Origin: Piromyces finnis finn
Taxonomy: Eukaryota > Fungi > Neocallimastigomycota
DNA length: 64,000 nt
Assembly (NCBI GenBank): GCA_002104945.1
Contig: MCFH01000011.1
Coordinates: 496,001 to 560,000 of the forward strand
Direction of reading: 5' to 3'
Positions 40,428 to 53,900 of this stretch are shown piece by piece; positions within the stretch are counted from its first letter, which is position 1; each line of letters opens with the position of its first letter. The notes under the pieces are model-generated. The model made no database searches and had not been told where the DNA came from. It saw only the letters and a list, made by a program, of their open reading frames with translations. The position numbers and the translations under genes are program-made.

Positions 40428-43400
40428 ATGGAAACAACATTAGATACATTAATTAAAGCAATTCAAGATGGAAAGATAAATGTTGTCCAAAAGCTTATCG
40501 CACTTAATAAAAATTTGGTACTCGAAAAATACAGTAAATCTGTACCTTTCGAGGATGAAGAAATTGGAAATGATGCTAGGGAATTATTAGGCGATAATAT
40601 GACAGGAATGAATGCTATTCATATAGGATTAATGTCATTAGATATTGAAAATGAAAATGTTAAAGTTGAAGTTAGAAAAAAAATAATTGAGGAATTAATA
40701 CAGGTTAATAATTAAAAAAATTATATATTGATAATAATAATAATAATAATAATAATCTATAATAATAATGATGATGATGATATTCGAAATATTTAATTTT
40801 AATTGTTATCATATAATTTAATTATTATTAAGTCAAAAATATAAAATTTAAAAAAAAAATATATATATATTATTTAAAATTTAAAAAAATTTATTAAACA
40901 CCAATTATTTTTTTTAAAACTTTTACTTTTAAATAAATAAAAAATGAAATATTTTACCTCATATAATTATATATATTAATAAATAAATGTACATGCATAT
41001 TATAATTTTAATAGGCACTTCCTCAAAAAATAGATTTAAGTACTTATAGATGGGGAAATGATAATACAACACTTCATTTAGCATCATTTTTAGGAGAACG
41101 ATCAATAATTACTAAAATATTAAAAAAAGGAGAAGATCCATCCTATAAAAATGGTTTAGGAAAAACATCTATTGATGTTGCTGTAGATTATGAACTTGCT
41201 GATTACTTAACCGAAGTCAGTGAAGAATTAAATGAGGAAAAACAAGAGGAATTAAGAAGAAAGGAAAGTCTTCAAAATATATTAAAAAAATGTCAAAATA
41301 TTGAAGAAACAATTCAACACAATAAACAAGAAGCCGAAGATAAAAATAAATATGAAACTGAATCTCAATTAAAAAATAATAAACAAATGATTGATATGGA
41401 AACAGAATTGATAAAAAAGGTAAACACAAATGAAGCATCTGAAGAGGAAAAAGAATACGTTAATGATATCAATAATAGTAATGAAACAATTGGTAATGAT
41501 GAAACAAAGAATGATGAAATTGAAACAAACATTAATAAATTAGAATCAGAAAATGGATCCTGTAACACAATTAATAATAATGAAAATTCAAATGAAAATC
41601 AAAATATCATTGAAAATAATGAGAGTTCAAATGAAGATCAAAATATCATTGAAAATAATGAGAATTCAAATGAAAATCAAAATATCATTGAAAATAATGA
41701 GAGTTCAAATGAAGATCAAAATATCATTGAAAATAATGAGAATTCAAATGAAAATCAAAATATCATTGAAAATGATGAAAATTCGAATAAAAATGAAAAT
41801 CATGATATTACTGAAAACAATGAAAACCCAGATGAAAATCAAAATATTACTGAAGATAATGACAAAAATAAAATTGTGGAACAAAAGACAAATGATGCTG
41901 TCTCTAAAAAAAAAATAAGTTCGGAAGATAGATCAAAACTATCTAATTTAATTGATATTGATATGATAAATAATTTAATTGGCACCCAAGTCATGTATGT
42001 AGAAAACAATGAAAATAAAAATATGACAGTTACAACTAAAAAAGAAATTGAAAATATAGAAGAAAAGAAAGATACTACAAAGGAAATTAAAAGTAATATC
42101 GCAAAACCTACAATAAATAAAATGGAAAATATTAATGATGCCAAAGAAGAAACAAAAATTAATAATATTAATAATGGTATTAAAAGTTTAAAAAATACTG
42201 AATTTATATCATCAAAAAAAAATATATTTGAAAATGCAACATTGAACACTGAAACCAATAAAATTAAAGATTATAAATTATCCCCTTCAACCTTTAATAA
42301 CGTCAAAGAAAAATTTAGTAAAAATGATAATACCCTAAAGTCATCAGAATCCACAAAAGAATCTGATTCTATTAAAGCAGAAATTATGTCACAAAAAAAT
42401 AAAAGTATAAAATCAATTATTAATAATATTAACAAAGGCAATGAAATTAATGATAAATCAATAAAAAAACCAATTATGATTGGAACAAAAGATAGCATTA
42501 AAAATACCATTACCAATATTAACAAAAATAACTGCTTTGATGAATCTGGCTTACAAAAGAAAGAAAAAAATGCTACTTTGGTAAAAGATTTTAATATTTG
42601 TCAAAAAGAAAATATAAAAGAAACTATTTCAAATATTAATAAAAATATGACATTTAATGGTGAAATAGCTAAACCAAAAATGAATGAAACTCTTGAAAAG
42701 GATATAAATATTTGTCAAAAAGAAAATATCAAAACAACCATTTCTAATATTAATAAAAATAAAAATTTCACTGGCAATACAAATAAATCAATTTCATCCT
42801 CGACAAAAATTGAAAACGATTTCCAAAATTTCTCAAAAGAAAGAGATAGTATAAAGGCTACTATTTCAAATATTAATAAAAATAATTGTTTCAATAATAA
42901 AAAGACCTCAACTGAGCCCTTAAAGGAAGTGAAACCAATAGAGATTAAAAATAATTATGAAGATGCTGAAAATAATCCATTATCATCATCAAATAAATTT
43001 AACACTCCAAAGGAAGATATAAAAGAAATCACTTTAGACAATAATAAAAATATTGGTTTATCGAAAACTTCAACTTCATCTATTATTAATAAATTCAAGG
43101 CCCCATCTGACAATGAACAACAAATTGTTCAAGATTCATTAAAGACAGGTAAAATTGATGAAACACTTAATGATGGTAAAGTTTTTTAAATTCATTCATA
43201 TATCTAAATTATATCTAATTTATATTAAATTAAAAAAAAATTTTTTTTTTTTGATATAAATATAGGAACACTTCCAAAAAAAAATAACTCGTCAAATATA
43301 AATATAGTAAAGAAAAGAGATATTTCAAAGCTCATTCAAACATTTAATCAAACATCTGAAAATGAAACCCAAGATAATGCTTCTCTATCGCTCAAGGAAG

Positions 43401-46400
43401 AAACAACAATTCAAGCAGATAAACCAACTAACCTAGCTTTTAAATCTAATATTAGTGCATTAAAATCCACTTTTGATCGTTCAGAATCAAAAACAGAAAA
43501 ATTGTCCGTTTCATCACTTTGTAAAAATACAAATATTAAACCAATTGAAAATAGAGAAAACGAAATGAGTATGGTGCAAAAATTAAGTTCAAAATTTATT
43601 TCAAATGAAAATGAAATCCAAACCAAAAAAACAATAGAAGAAACTATTGAAAATAAAGAAATAAATATGACTACTACTACAAATAGTAATATTACTGATA
43701 AACCACAAAAAAAGGTTGAAATAGAGAAAAAAGTAGAAGTAACACCAGAAATTGTTAAAGGGGAAAATATTTTAGAAGCTAAGGAAGAAAAGAAAACTGA
43801 AAACTTAGAAAATCCAAATAATGACATTTGCAATGAAGAACAAATCATTAAGGATACTATTGAAAAAGACATTACTGAAAATAATTCAAAATCAAGTGCC
43901 ATTGGAGACTTATCATTAAATGAACATAAAGATATACTTAATTTATCAAATGAAAAAGAATCAGAAATGAAAAAAGAAAATAAAGAATTAAGTATTTCAA
44001 ATAAAGAAGATACCATTGATATCAATAAAATTATTAATGATGCTTCCGTTTCTGGTTCTGATCTAACATTAAATGATGACATGGAAGAAACCGATAAGAA
44101 TTCAAAAAAATCCAAGATAGAAACTGTAAGTGGAATAATATTTAGAAAAAAAATATAATATGAAAAGAATACTAAAATATTTTTTATATTTTTTTTTAAA
44201 GAAATCAAAAATTGATGATTGTCTTTCCGTATGTATTTTCTTTATCATTTTTTATAAAAAAAATAATTATTAAATATTTTAAACTTAATTCCTACTAATA
44301 ATAAATCTTTAATAATTTATAAAAAAATATTTTATTATCCTTAATATTATTAATTTCTCTGTATATAGTCTGATCTTGTAAGTATTAAAATATTCTTAAT
44401 TTAAAAGTAATCACATTTATTAAAATAATTATCTTTTATAACAATTTTTAAAAATATGAAAAAAAATAGTCATTGAAGCTTGATTCAGTAAGTTTTTATT
44501 TAATTTATTATTATTTTATATATTTTATATACACATTACTCATCACTTAATTATATTCTATGATTGATTTTATAGTTTTCATTTGACCTTCCTTCTATTG
44601 ACCCAATTACTTTATCTTTAGATGAAATCTTTATCACACAAGAAATTAACTTTGATTCCATGTTTAATGACCTTAGTAGCGACAGTAATATTTATGATGG
44701 TATTTTAAAAGAAACAAAAATAAATAATAATGATCTCTCAAGTAAACTTGATCATTCGGATAATACACTTTGTCTCGATGATGATAATAAAGAAGAAAAA
44801 ATCGAAACTTACCAATCTATAACTAAAGATATAAAGTCAAGTATAAAAAATACAAATTTAATTAATAACAAATTGCCTTCCGAAAAGGCATTTAATACTC
44901 CAAAAATAGAACCAAATAATAAGCAAGAAAACAAAATTAATGAACAAAAAGAAAAGGAATTAAGAGAAAAAAAACAAAAAGAAAAAGAATTAAAAGAAAG
45001 AGAACAAAAGGAAAAGGAGCAAAAAGAAAAAGAATTAAAAGAAAAGGAGCAAAAGGAAAATGAATTAAAAGAAAAGGAACAAAAAGAAAAGGAGCAAAAA
45101 GAAAAAGAATTACTTGAAAAAGAACAAAAAGAAAAGGAACAAAAAGAAAAGGAACAAAAAGAAAAAGAATTACTTGAAAGAAAATCATTACAAAAGACAC
45201 TATCAATTGAAAAAGAATTAAAAGATATAAATAATGATCAACAAATGGAAACCTCCCCAACAAACAATGAAAATTCTGAAAAAACAGTAGATGAAAATAT
45301 GACAGAAATTAAAAAAGATAAGCATTCAAATATGGTATTAAAGGAAAAACTTTATGAAGAACAAAAAAATCAAAATAAGATTGGACTCATAAATAATGTT
45401 GAAATGCTAAACCTTACTTCTTCCTTCAAAAAAACTAAATCTAAGCAAAAAGCTGTTCAATTTAAATCATCATGGAGTGGTGAGCTTGAAAACACAAGAA
45501 GAATGTCTAAAGATCATACTAACTACATCACAACCACAAAAGGAAACTTTTTAATGAAATTAAATAAAATAGATATTAGATCTACTTGTCCAGTATTTTT
45601 CTCTGGAAACTTTGAAGCTGACTCAATGTACATCATGTTTTGTGAATTTAAATGTGATGATGAAGTATATTATACAAGTAAACAATATCCTATTCATAGC
45701 AACAACCCACAAATATCATTAAATGAAGATGTTAATATTCCAATCACAGCAGATCAAAATATTTTAGAAATTAATGTTATGTTAATTAAGAAAACACCAA
45801 CTATGCTACCATTACAAAGTCCAACAAAAACAAGTAAACATAACAATTCATCCGGAATGTCAACATTAACACGTACAATGACACATTCCAAAAAAGCCGT
45901 TCAAAATCTTATGTTCTGGAAAAAGAATAAAAATATGGATGGTTTCAGTAGTGTAAACAGTAATCACATACAAATGAATAATGGTATCATGGATTATGAT
46001 GACAATTCAATGAAAAAGAATGATCTTCAATTCAGATCTCTGTCATCTACTTCATCTATTTCTAAATTATTTTCAGGTGATGGTGGATCTAATACTCAAA
46101 TCAATCACCGAAACCGTAATTACCATCCATCAATTAAAACTATTTTCAATAATAACAATACAGGAATTCCTTCACCATCAAATGGTTTATCTCGTGAATC
46201 AACTTGTGATTGTATTAGTGGAAGTAACAGTAGTTTAAATTCTTCATATAGTACTTACAGTACTATGACCACTGCTTCATCAAACACCATCACTAGTTCT
46301 TCTTCTTCATCTGATAATGTTTTTGTTGCAGGTAAAATTACTGTAGATTTACAAAATCTTAGAGAACAACATATGGGTGAATTAATTGATGACTTTAAAT

Positions 46401-47575
46401 GGGAAATTGCTCCACCAAAACCTTTAAAGAATAATAGTATTAATTCAGGTAATAATATATTGTTAATTTTTGAAATTTTAGAAAAAAAATTTTTTTTTTT
46501 TATATTAAAAAATTAAAAAATATATAAATATTAATAAATTTTATTATAATCTATTATCTAATAGATTTACCACCAATTGGTAGTGTTCGTATTCGTAAGA
46601 AGGTTATGAAATGGGATGGTTTAGATGCTCCATTAGTCATTCTTAATGGTAAATTAAATATGTCAGTATTCTACTTACCAGATTTCTCTTTCAAGGAGGT
46701 AAAAAAAAAAAAAAAAAATATTATTTAAGGCAAATTTATATCTATATATTTATAAAACAAAATATATAAATTAATACATATAATTAAATAATAAAATTAT
46801 TTATTTATATAAAAATAGGATATGTTCATTCCAAAAACAATTGCAGATTGCCTTGATTGTGAGGAATGTAAGCGTTGGCATGACAACGAAACTAAAACTG
46901 GTTATCTAACCCAAAAGGGTGGAGATGTTAATGTATGAAATATTCTTATTTTTTTCTTTTATCGCAGCTTTAATATATTAAAATAATAAAAAAATATACT
47001 AAAAATATTGTATACTATTTATATTATTATATATCTATTAGGAATGGGAAAGAAGATTTTATCGTTTAATAGGAGAAAAATTGATCGCTTTTGATACTGT
47101 TGTAATATATTCAATAAAAAAATAATTAAAAAATATATATAATACTTTAAAATATATACAATGCAAATATTAAATAAAATATTATTTTTTTTTCACTTTA
47201 AATATATAAATTATATTATAAATCTTTTAGTCCTCAGAAAATAAAGCTACTATTGATTTAACTCAATGTAAATTTATTAATTTACTTTTACCAGATCCTC
47301 AAAATAGTCAATTTATTAACAATACTTTACCAAACGGTGAGGAATATACAACAATTGTTGCTTTAAATCCATCTTCTGCTGCAAGTGACAATTATATTTT
47401 TGAATTAGTATTTAAGGATGATGATGCAATTGAATTTAGATGTGACTCATTAAATGATATGAATGATTGGTGTAAGGAACTCCAAATTATAGTACAAGAA
47501 TGGGAAGATTTCCAATATCCAAACTGGTGGACAGAATTATCAAACTTTAAAGAAGAAATGGAAAATAAAAATTAA
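40428..47575 (+). CDS. Large protein with N-terminal ankyrin repeats, low-complexity middle, and C-terminal anillin-homology/C2-like plus PH region (Bud4/Mid2/anillin-like)
   Basis: Ankyrin motifs GMNAIHIGL and NTTLHLASFLGERSIITKILKKGEDPSYKNGLGKTSIDVA. The C-terminal TGYLTQKGGDVN|EWERRFYRLIGEKLIAF...IEFRCDSLNDMNDWCKEL resembles the fungal Bud4/Mid2 PH domain. All introns are GT-AG and phase-consistent, including 3 micro-exons. Stop at 47573-47575. Confidence 0.8.
41576..41854 (+). repeat. Coding 39-bp tandem repeat (NNE[NS]SNE[ND]QNIIE), 5 clean and 2 degenerate units
   Basis: AATAATGARARTTCAAATGAARATCAAAATATCATTGAA, with two variants alternating A-B-A-B-A. Confidence 0.92.
44940..45180 (+). 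repeat. Coding 15-bp-based repeat (KEKEQ/KEKEL), charged helical segment
   Basis: The translation reads EQKEKELREKKQKEKELKEREQKEKEQKEKEL... over about 80 aa. Confidence 0.9.
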
Positions 47576-49575
47576 TGATTAAATATATCACCAATATCTA
47601 CATATTATATTATACTATATTATTTTAATTTTTAGTTAATATAATATAAAATATTTATATATTTTAAAAGTATAAAAAGAATAACACCTATCTTTTTAAT
47701 AAAAAAAAAATACTGTTTATTTATCAAAATAGAATAACAAAAAAAAAAAAAAAAAAATATAATAGAAAAAAGTAATACTAATATATTTATAAATACACTA
47801 GCTAGATATTATTACTATTTTACATAATTTAAATTATATTTAGATTTAGATTTATTAGTAAACTAGAAAAAACTATATATATGAACAACTTAATAATTTT
47901 TCTTTATTAAGATAAATAAAATTATATTTTTTTAAAAATAATAATTAATATTAATTCTTATCTTTATAAAATAATTTATTATTATTATTATTTCAGTAGA
48001 ATTAAAACTTATCTATTTCATTTATAAAAATTCATTGAATGGTTACATTTATTAAAAAATACAATTAAATAAAAGGATAATTGATTTTTATTAAAATAGT
48101 TATTCTATATTCATAATTAAAAATACTATTTATTAATTTCATTATAATAGTTTGTTAATAATTTTAGGCATAATTTTACTTTTTTTTTTTTTTAGAATAA
48201 AATGATCTCAATAAATAGCAAGAAGTTGATTTTTTAAATAAAAAAAATCAACGTTTTCAGTTATTTTAATTTTTTATTTTTTTAATAATTTTTTACAATT
48301 AAATATTTTGGTAAGAAAAAATAAATGTTATATGTGTAACTTTATTATTTTAATGTGACACAAATCAATATATTCTAAAAAAAAAATATAATTAAAATAA
48401 TTAATGCAAGTAAATCATTGAACTAAAAAGCTTACATACAAGATTAACTTACCTTATATTTCCTTCATACCTTTCTAAGAAAAATACTCTTACTTGATTA
48501 TATTATTCAAAGTCTAATACTGTTAAAAGACTGTTAAAAGAGTCTTTTCATTTTTCAAATACTTTCACTAATAATAGCAGACGAGAAATGTAATTAAGAA
48601 AAAAAAGTATCTAGTATTTTTTATAACATAATAAAAAATTATAACGTTGTATATTGTAATATATATTTTAAACACTCATCTTTAATTTTACATAGTTTTT
48701 TATGAAACTCGACACAATATATATGATATTTTATTTGTTTTTGTTTTTGCTTTTTTGACAAGAAAGAAAAATATACACGATATAACAATGCCTAATTCAT
48801 TATGAGATTTGCCTCAGCATGGCATGGTCATAAGTATCATGTATCATATTTCTTTTTCTTCCTGAAAACTAAAATACCATAGAATGATTGCAACACTTAT
48901 AATATGTTTGTATTAATATTAATATCTAGAATAAAATCTTTTAATTGTTTTATATTATTTTGTTCATATAAGCAGTAATGAGTTATATAATTCATGTTTA
49001 TACATATAAACATTTTACACTCTCTATTACTTATAAAATAAAATATAAAACTATCATTTTTATAAGCATTTTCATCAACTTTTGAATTTAACAAAAAGCA
49101 ACATGTTTTATTTTTTTTTATTTAATGATGGATTCATTTTTTTTTAGTATTTCAATTTTATTCGTTTATCTATGGTGACACAAATTATGATTAAAATAAT
49201 AATTAATTTGAATAAATTAAAAATGAGATAAAAATAAATATATTTTTAATAAAATATACTATATAAGTAATATATTAATTAATATTTGAAACATTATATA
49301 TTAATCTTAATTATTAATTTTTAGTTATGATCAAACTAATTATATATTATTTATTATATTAATATTATATTATAATATATTATATTTAAAAATCAATGGA
49401 CAAAAGTTCATTTAAATTTTTATAAAAGTCGAGGACATTTTTTTTTATTATTTTTATAAAGTGAGAATAACAAAAAAATTTACCAAAAATTAAACCATTA
49501 AAATAAAATTTCTTTTTCCTTATTTTTACTTTGTGGGAAAAATAATTTAAACATTTTCTATTTAAATATGTAAAG

Positions 49576-49622
<47 letters not shown>

Positions 49623-50903
49623 AAATATAGCACCATTAAAGTTATAATGGAATTTTTTTTATATACAATAAAATCTAAAAATAAATTGATTTTTTACAAT
49701 TTTTATCCATAATTAAATATTAAATCATTTGTTGCTTTTTAATAAAAAAATTATTATTAATTAAACTTTTTATTAAAAATTTTCATTTTCTCTTCTGAAA
49801 AATTTTTTTGTTATTTTTTTTTTAAAATTTAAATTTCTAAAATTTTCTTTTTTATTAAAATAAAAAAAAAAAAGAAAATCAATATTTACTTAACATTAAT
49901 ATATATAGATAGATATAAATTTACTTATTTTTTTGAATGGCTTAACATTAATTAATCTTCAAAAAATAAAAATTTATATAGAATTTATATATATTATTAA
50001 TGAATAAACATAAATATAATTATAATCTAATTTAACAATATATTAATATTCTTAATATTAAATTAAGCAAGATTATATATATTTATTGCTCAAACTTGTA
50101 ATAATTTTAAATATTTGAATAGAAAAAACAAAGAAGAAAAATATATTTAGTATTATCTTTTTCTCGATATAATTGTAAATATCTATATCTATATTATATA
50201 TTTTTTAAAAATAATTAAATATAGAATAAGCATAAGATTCATCAATACTAATTTATTTATTATTTATTTATTTATTTATTATTATCATTTATTTTTTATA
50301 TTTTTTGTTTTTACAACTAATTTTAATACTTATAATAAAAAAAAAAAAAAGAAACTTTCTTCGTCAATTTTTCAGTAAAACAAATTTGAAAGAAAATAAT
50401 ATATTGCTTTAATATCAAATTATAAAATAATTTTAACAATTTAATTAGATAGAAAAAAATTATTATTTTTTTTTTATCTTAAAGTAAAAAGAAAAAAGGA
50501 ACAAAACTAATCAAAACTCATAAGAAAAAAGGTTTAAAAAAATTTTGAAATTGTTTATCTATATTTAAAAAACATATTTGAAAATATTTTTATATCTTAA
50601 TTATAATAAATTGACTTTATTAAAAAAAAAAGAAAGAAAAAAAAAAGGGAAAAAAAACATATTTGAGTCTTAATTGAATAATAGCTAATAGCATTATTTA
50701 TTTAACAATTTAAATTTTATGTTTCAGATTCAAATTAAATGAAAAAGAAAGTAAATAAAATATATTTATTTTTTAAATTTATATAAGAAAATATATTTTT
50801 AATAAAAAAATATTAAAATTTATTAAAAATTCACAATTTTATTAAAAATATAATTTCAAAATTATTTTTTTAAATTAAATATATTGTCAATTTATAGGTA
50901 GAA

Positions 50904-53900
50904 ATGTTAGGATTAAATGATAATAATAATGATGAAAATATAAATAATGCTGAAACTTCTAATAATGATGTCCCACAAAATTATAACATGAATATGTCTC
51001 AAATGAACAATATAAATCCAATGAATTCTATGAACCAGCAAATTAATTCAATGATGGGAATTAACATGAATCAACCAATGAGTCCAACAATGAGACCTGT
51101 TATAAGCAGTCCAACAATGAGTCCAACAATGAACCCTTTGAGCCCAAATATGAGTCCAACAATGAATCCACTAAATCAAATGCAAATGCAGATGCAAATG
51201 CAAATGATAAATCAATCGTTAGGTATGCCACTTCCAATAAATAATAATATGGCAATTAATAATATGCAAATGGCTATGGTTCCAATGCAAATGAATATAA
51301 ATCAAGCTATATTGAATAATCAAGCTCTTTTAAATAATAATCAAATGAGTCAATATTCACTTACTCCGGAACAACTTCAACAACTACAACAAATGCAACA
51401 AGTTCAATTTCAACAGCAACTTCAACAACTACAACAAATGCAACAAATTCAATTACAACAGCAAATTCAAGCTTTTAATAAACAGAATATCATTAAAGCT
51501 AAAAATTTAAATCAAGACCAAAGTCAAATGCAGAATAATCAAGTACAACAAGTTAACTCACAATCCAAAAATAAAATATTATCTGAAAGTTCTCAAGAAT
51601 CTACTAAATCAAAGTCAAAACCAATGAAATCTATTGCAAAAAAGCTCTTTAGTACTCATAAAAAAGTTGAGAAACAAACATCAATAAGTTCTATTAATGA
51701 TGATGCTTCATCTACAAGTAGCGTAAATAGAAATGTAGATCAGCAAATAAAAATACAACAAAAACCACTTCCACAACCACAACAGCAATTTCAACAACCA
51801 CAGCAACAAATACAATTACAACAATATCAACAGCAACTTCAATATCAACAGCAATTTAATGATTTGTATAATATGACAAATATTAATGCCATTACCACGG
51901 GTCAATTACAAGGCATGAATAATTTTATGGTTAATAGTATGATGATGAATTATAATCAACTTGGTAATAATGCCGGTTCATTGACCAATGTTAATAATAA
52001 TTTCAATAACACAAATCGTTTTACAAAGAATAGTAATAATGCAACAAATGGCAATATTCAATTAACTACAACACCAATTATTAGTGATAACGAAAAAAGT
52101 ATTGATGGATCAACAGATATTTCTTCCATAAATTTGAATTCTAATAAAATTGATTCTAAGCAAAATAATTCAATAAGTGAATTATCAAAAGATGCTACCG
52201 AAAGTAGTGAAAATGTCAATCAAAATATTACTAATTTAGATGGCTCTTCCTCTAATATTAAAGGTAAAGATTCAATAAAAAGTGATATGAAAGGCAGAAA
52301 AGAATCTCAAAAAAATGAATCAAATAGAATACAAGAGGAATCAGGTGTGAATTCAACTTCAAGTTTATTATCAAATGATATAAATAGTTCAGATTTAAAT
52401 ACAGTAAATGAAAATAATTTCCTTGAAAAACCACAACATCCACCTCCACCATACTCAAAAAATGATAATTATTCAGAAGTTAATTCAATAATTCCTACTC
52501 AAAACAGACATAATACAATTAAAATACCGTCATCTTTTAGAGCTTTAAACCAATTAGCTAATCAATCTATAATACCAAATAATACTATTAAGTATAATTC
52601 ATTGAATCAATTAGTTGAAAATTCGTCTGAAAATACAGATAATAGCATTTCATTAAGTCAAGTAAATGAAAATAGTGGAAATAGAGCATTAAATATAATA
52701 AACGAAGATAATACAGATATTGATTCATCATCTTCAAATTATTTAACAGGAAATGTTGATGACAATGTTACTACAGTAATTGAAAATACTACAGATAATG
52801 AAAATACTAACAATGAATTATCGTCATTAAATCAATTAGTTGAAAATGCTACTAAAAATGAAAAATTTGAAAATGATAATAGTATTATAAATAATAATTC
52901 ATCAACATTAAATCAATTATCAGAAAATAATAATGATATTATAAAAACAGACGTATCATTAACAGACCAATCAGAAGAAAATACTTCTAGTAGCAAAGTT
53001 GAAAATAATTCTCAAAATCAAATTATTTCTATTAATCAAAATGAAAAAAAGAAAGTAAATGAATTAGTTGAATTAGGTCATAGTATTACAAATATAGTAA
53101 AATCTTGTTATCCAAGAGGAGCAAGCTTACAATTAAAATATCCACATATTAATGCACCATTAAAACAAAATAAAGCTAAAGATATTGCTGATGAAGAAAT
53201 ATCATCCTTTGATTCATTATCAGAAAAAAACACCGGTCTTGAACATATTGATTCCAATGATTTAAAATCTGAGGATTTTGAAAGTACTGAAAAAAATGAG
53301 ATTGATTTACCTGAATCAGCCGTTTCTGCTTTAAGTAGTTTCAAAAATAGTATGGACTCAACCTCTAAAAGAAATAGCAATGATTTATTAAAAAATTTAA
53401 ATGAATTGCGTAACTTTACAATTCCAACTCGTTCATTACAACCTACTAATAATAAAGACACTTTTAGTGGATTAAATAATTTAATTAATCAAAATGAACA
53501 GCAAGAACCACAACAAGAAAGTTCTTTTGATGGATTAAATAATTTAGCTAACCATTATGAACAAGAACTCCAACAAGAATCTACATTCAATGGATTAAAT
53601 AGCTTAGCTAATCAAAATGAACAGCAAGAACCACAACAAGAAATTGCTTTTGATGGATTAAATGGATTAAATAGCTTAGCTAATCAAAATGAACAGCAAG
53701 AACCACAACAAGAAATTGCTTTTGATGGATTAAATAGTTTAGCTAACCAATATGAGCAGCAAGAACCACAACAAGAAGTTGCTTTTAGTGGATTAAATAG
53801 CTTAGTCGATCAAAATGAACAACAAGAACAACAACAAGAAATTGCTTTTGGTGGATTAAATGGATTAAATAGCTTAGTTAATCAAAATGAACAGCAAGAA

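Noticed and set aside
43411-44208. 265-aa minus-strand ORF (and similar ones at 41839-42258, 53108-53461 and 55706-56207)
   Set aside because: Antisense to well-supported plus-strand coding exons, with composition typical of shadow ORFs.
34484-48347. Shared 15-mer TGTGTAACTTTATTA at 34484 and 48333
   Set aside because: The match does not extend, and a mostly A/T 15-mer can recur by chance at this base composition.
49582-49620. 39-nt poly(A) as the tail of a second retroposon
   Set aside because: No convincing TSD or distinct element body was found upstream, and long homopolymers are common throughout the window.
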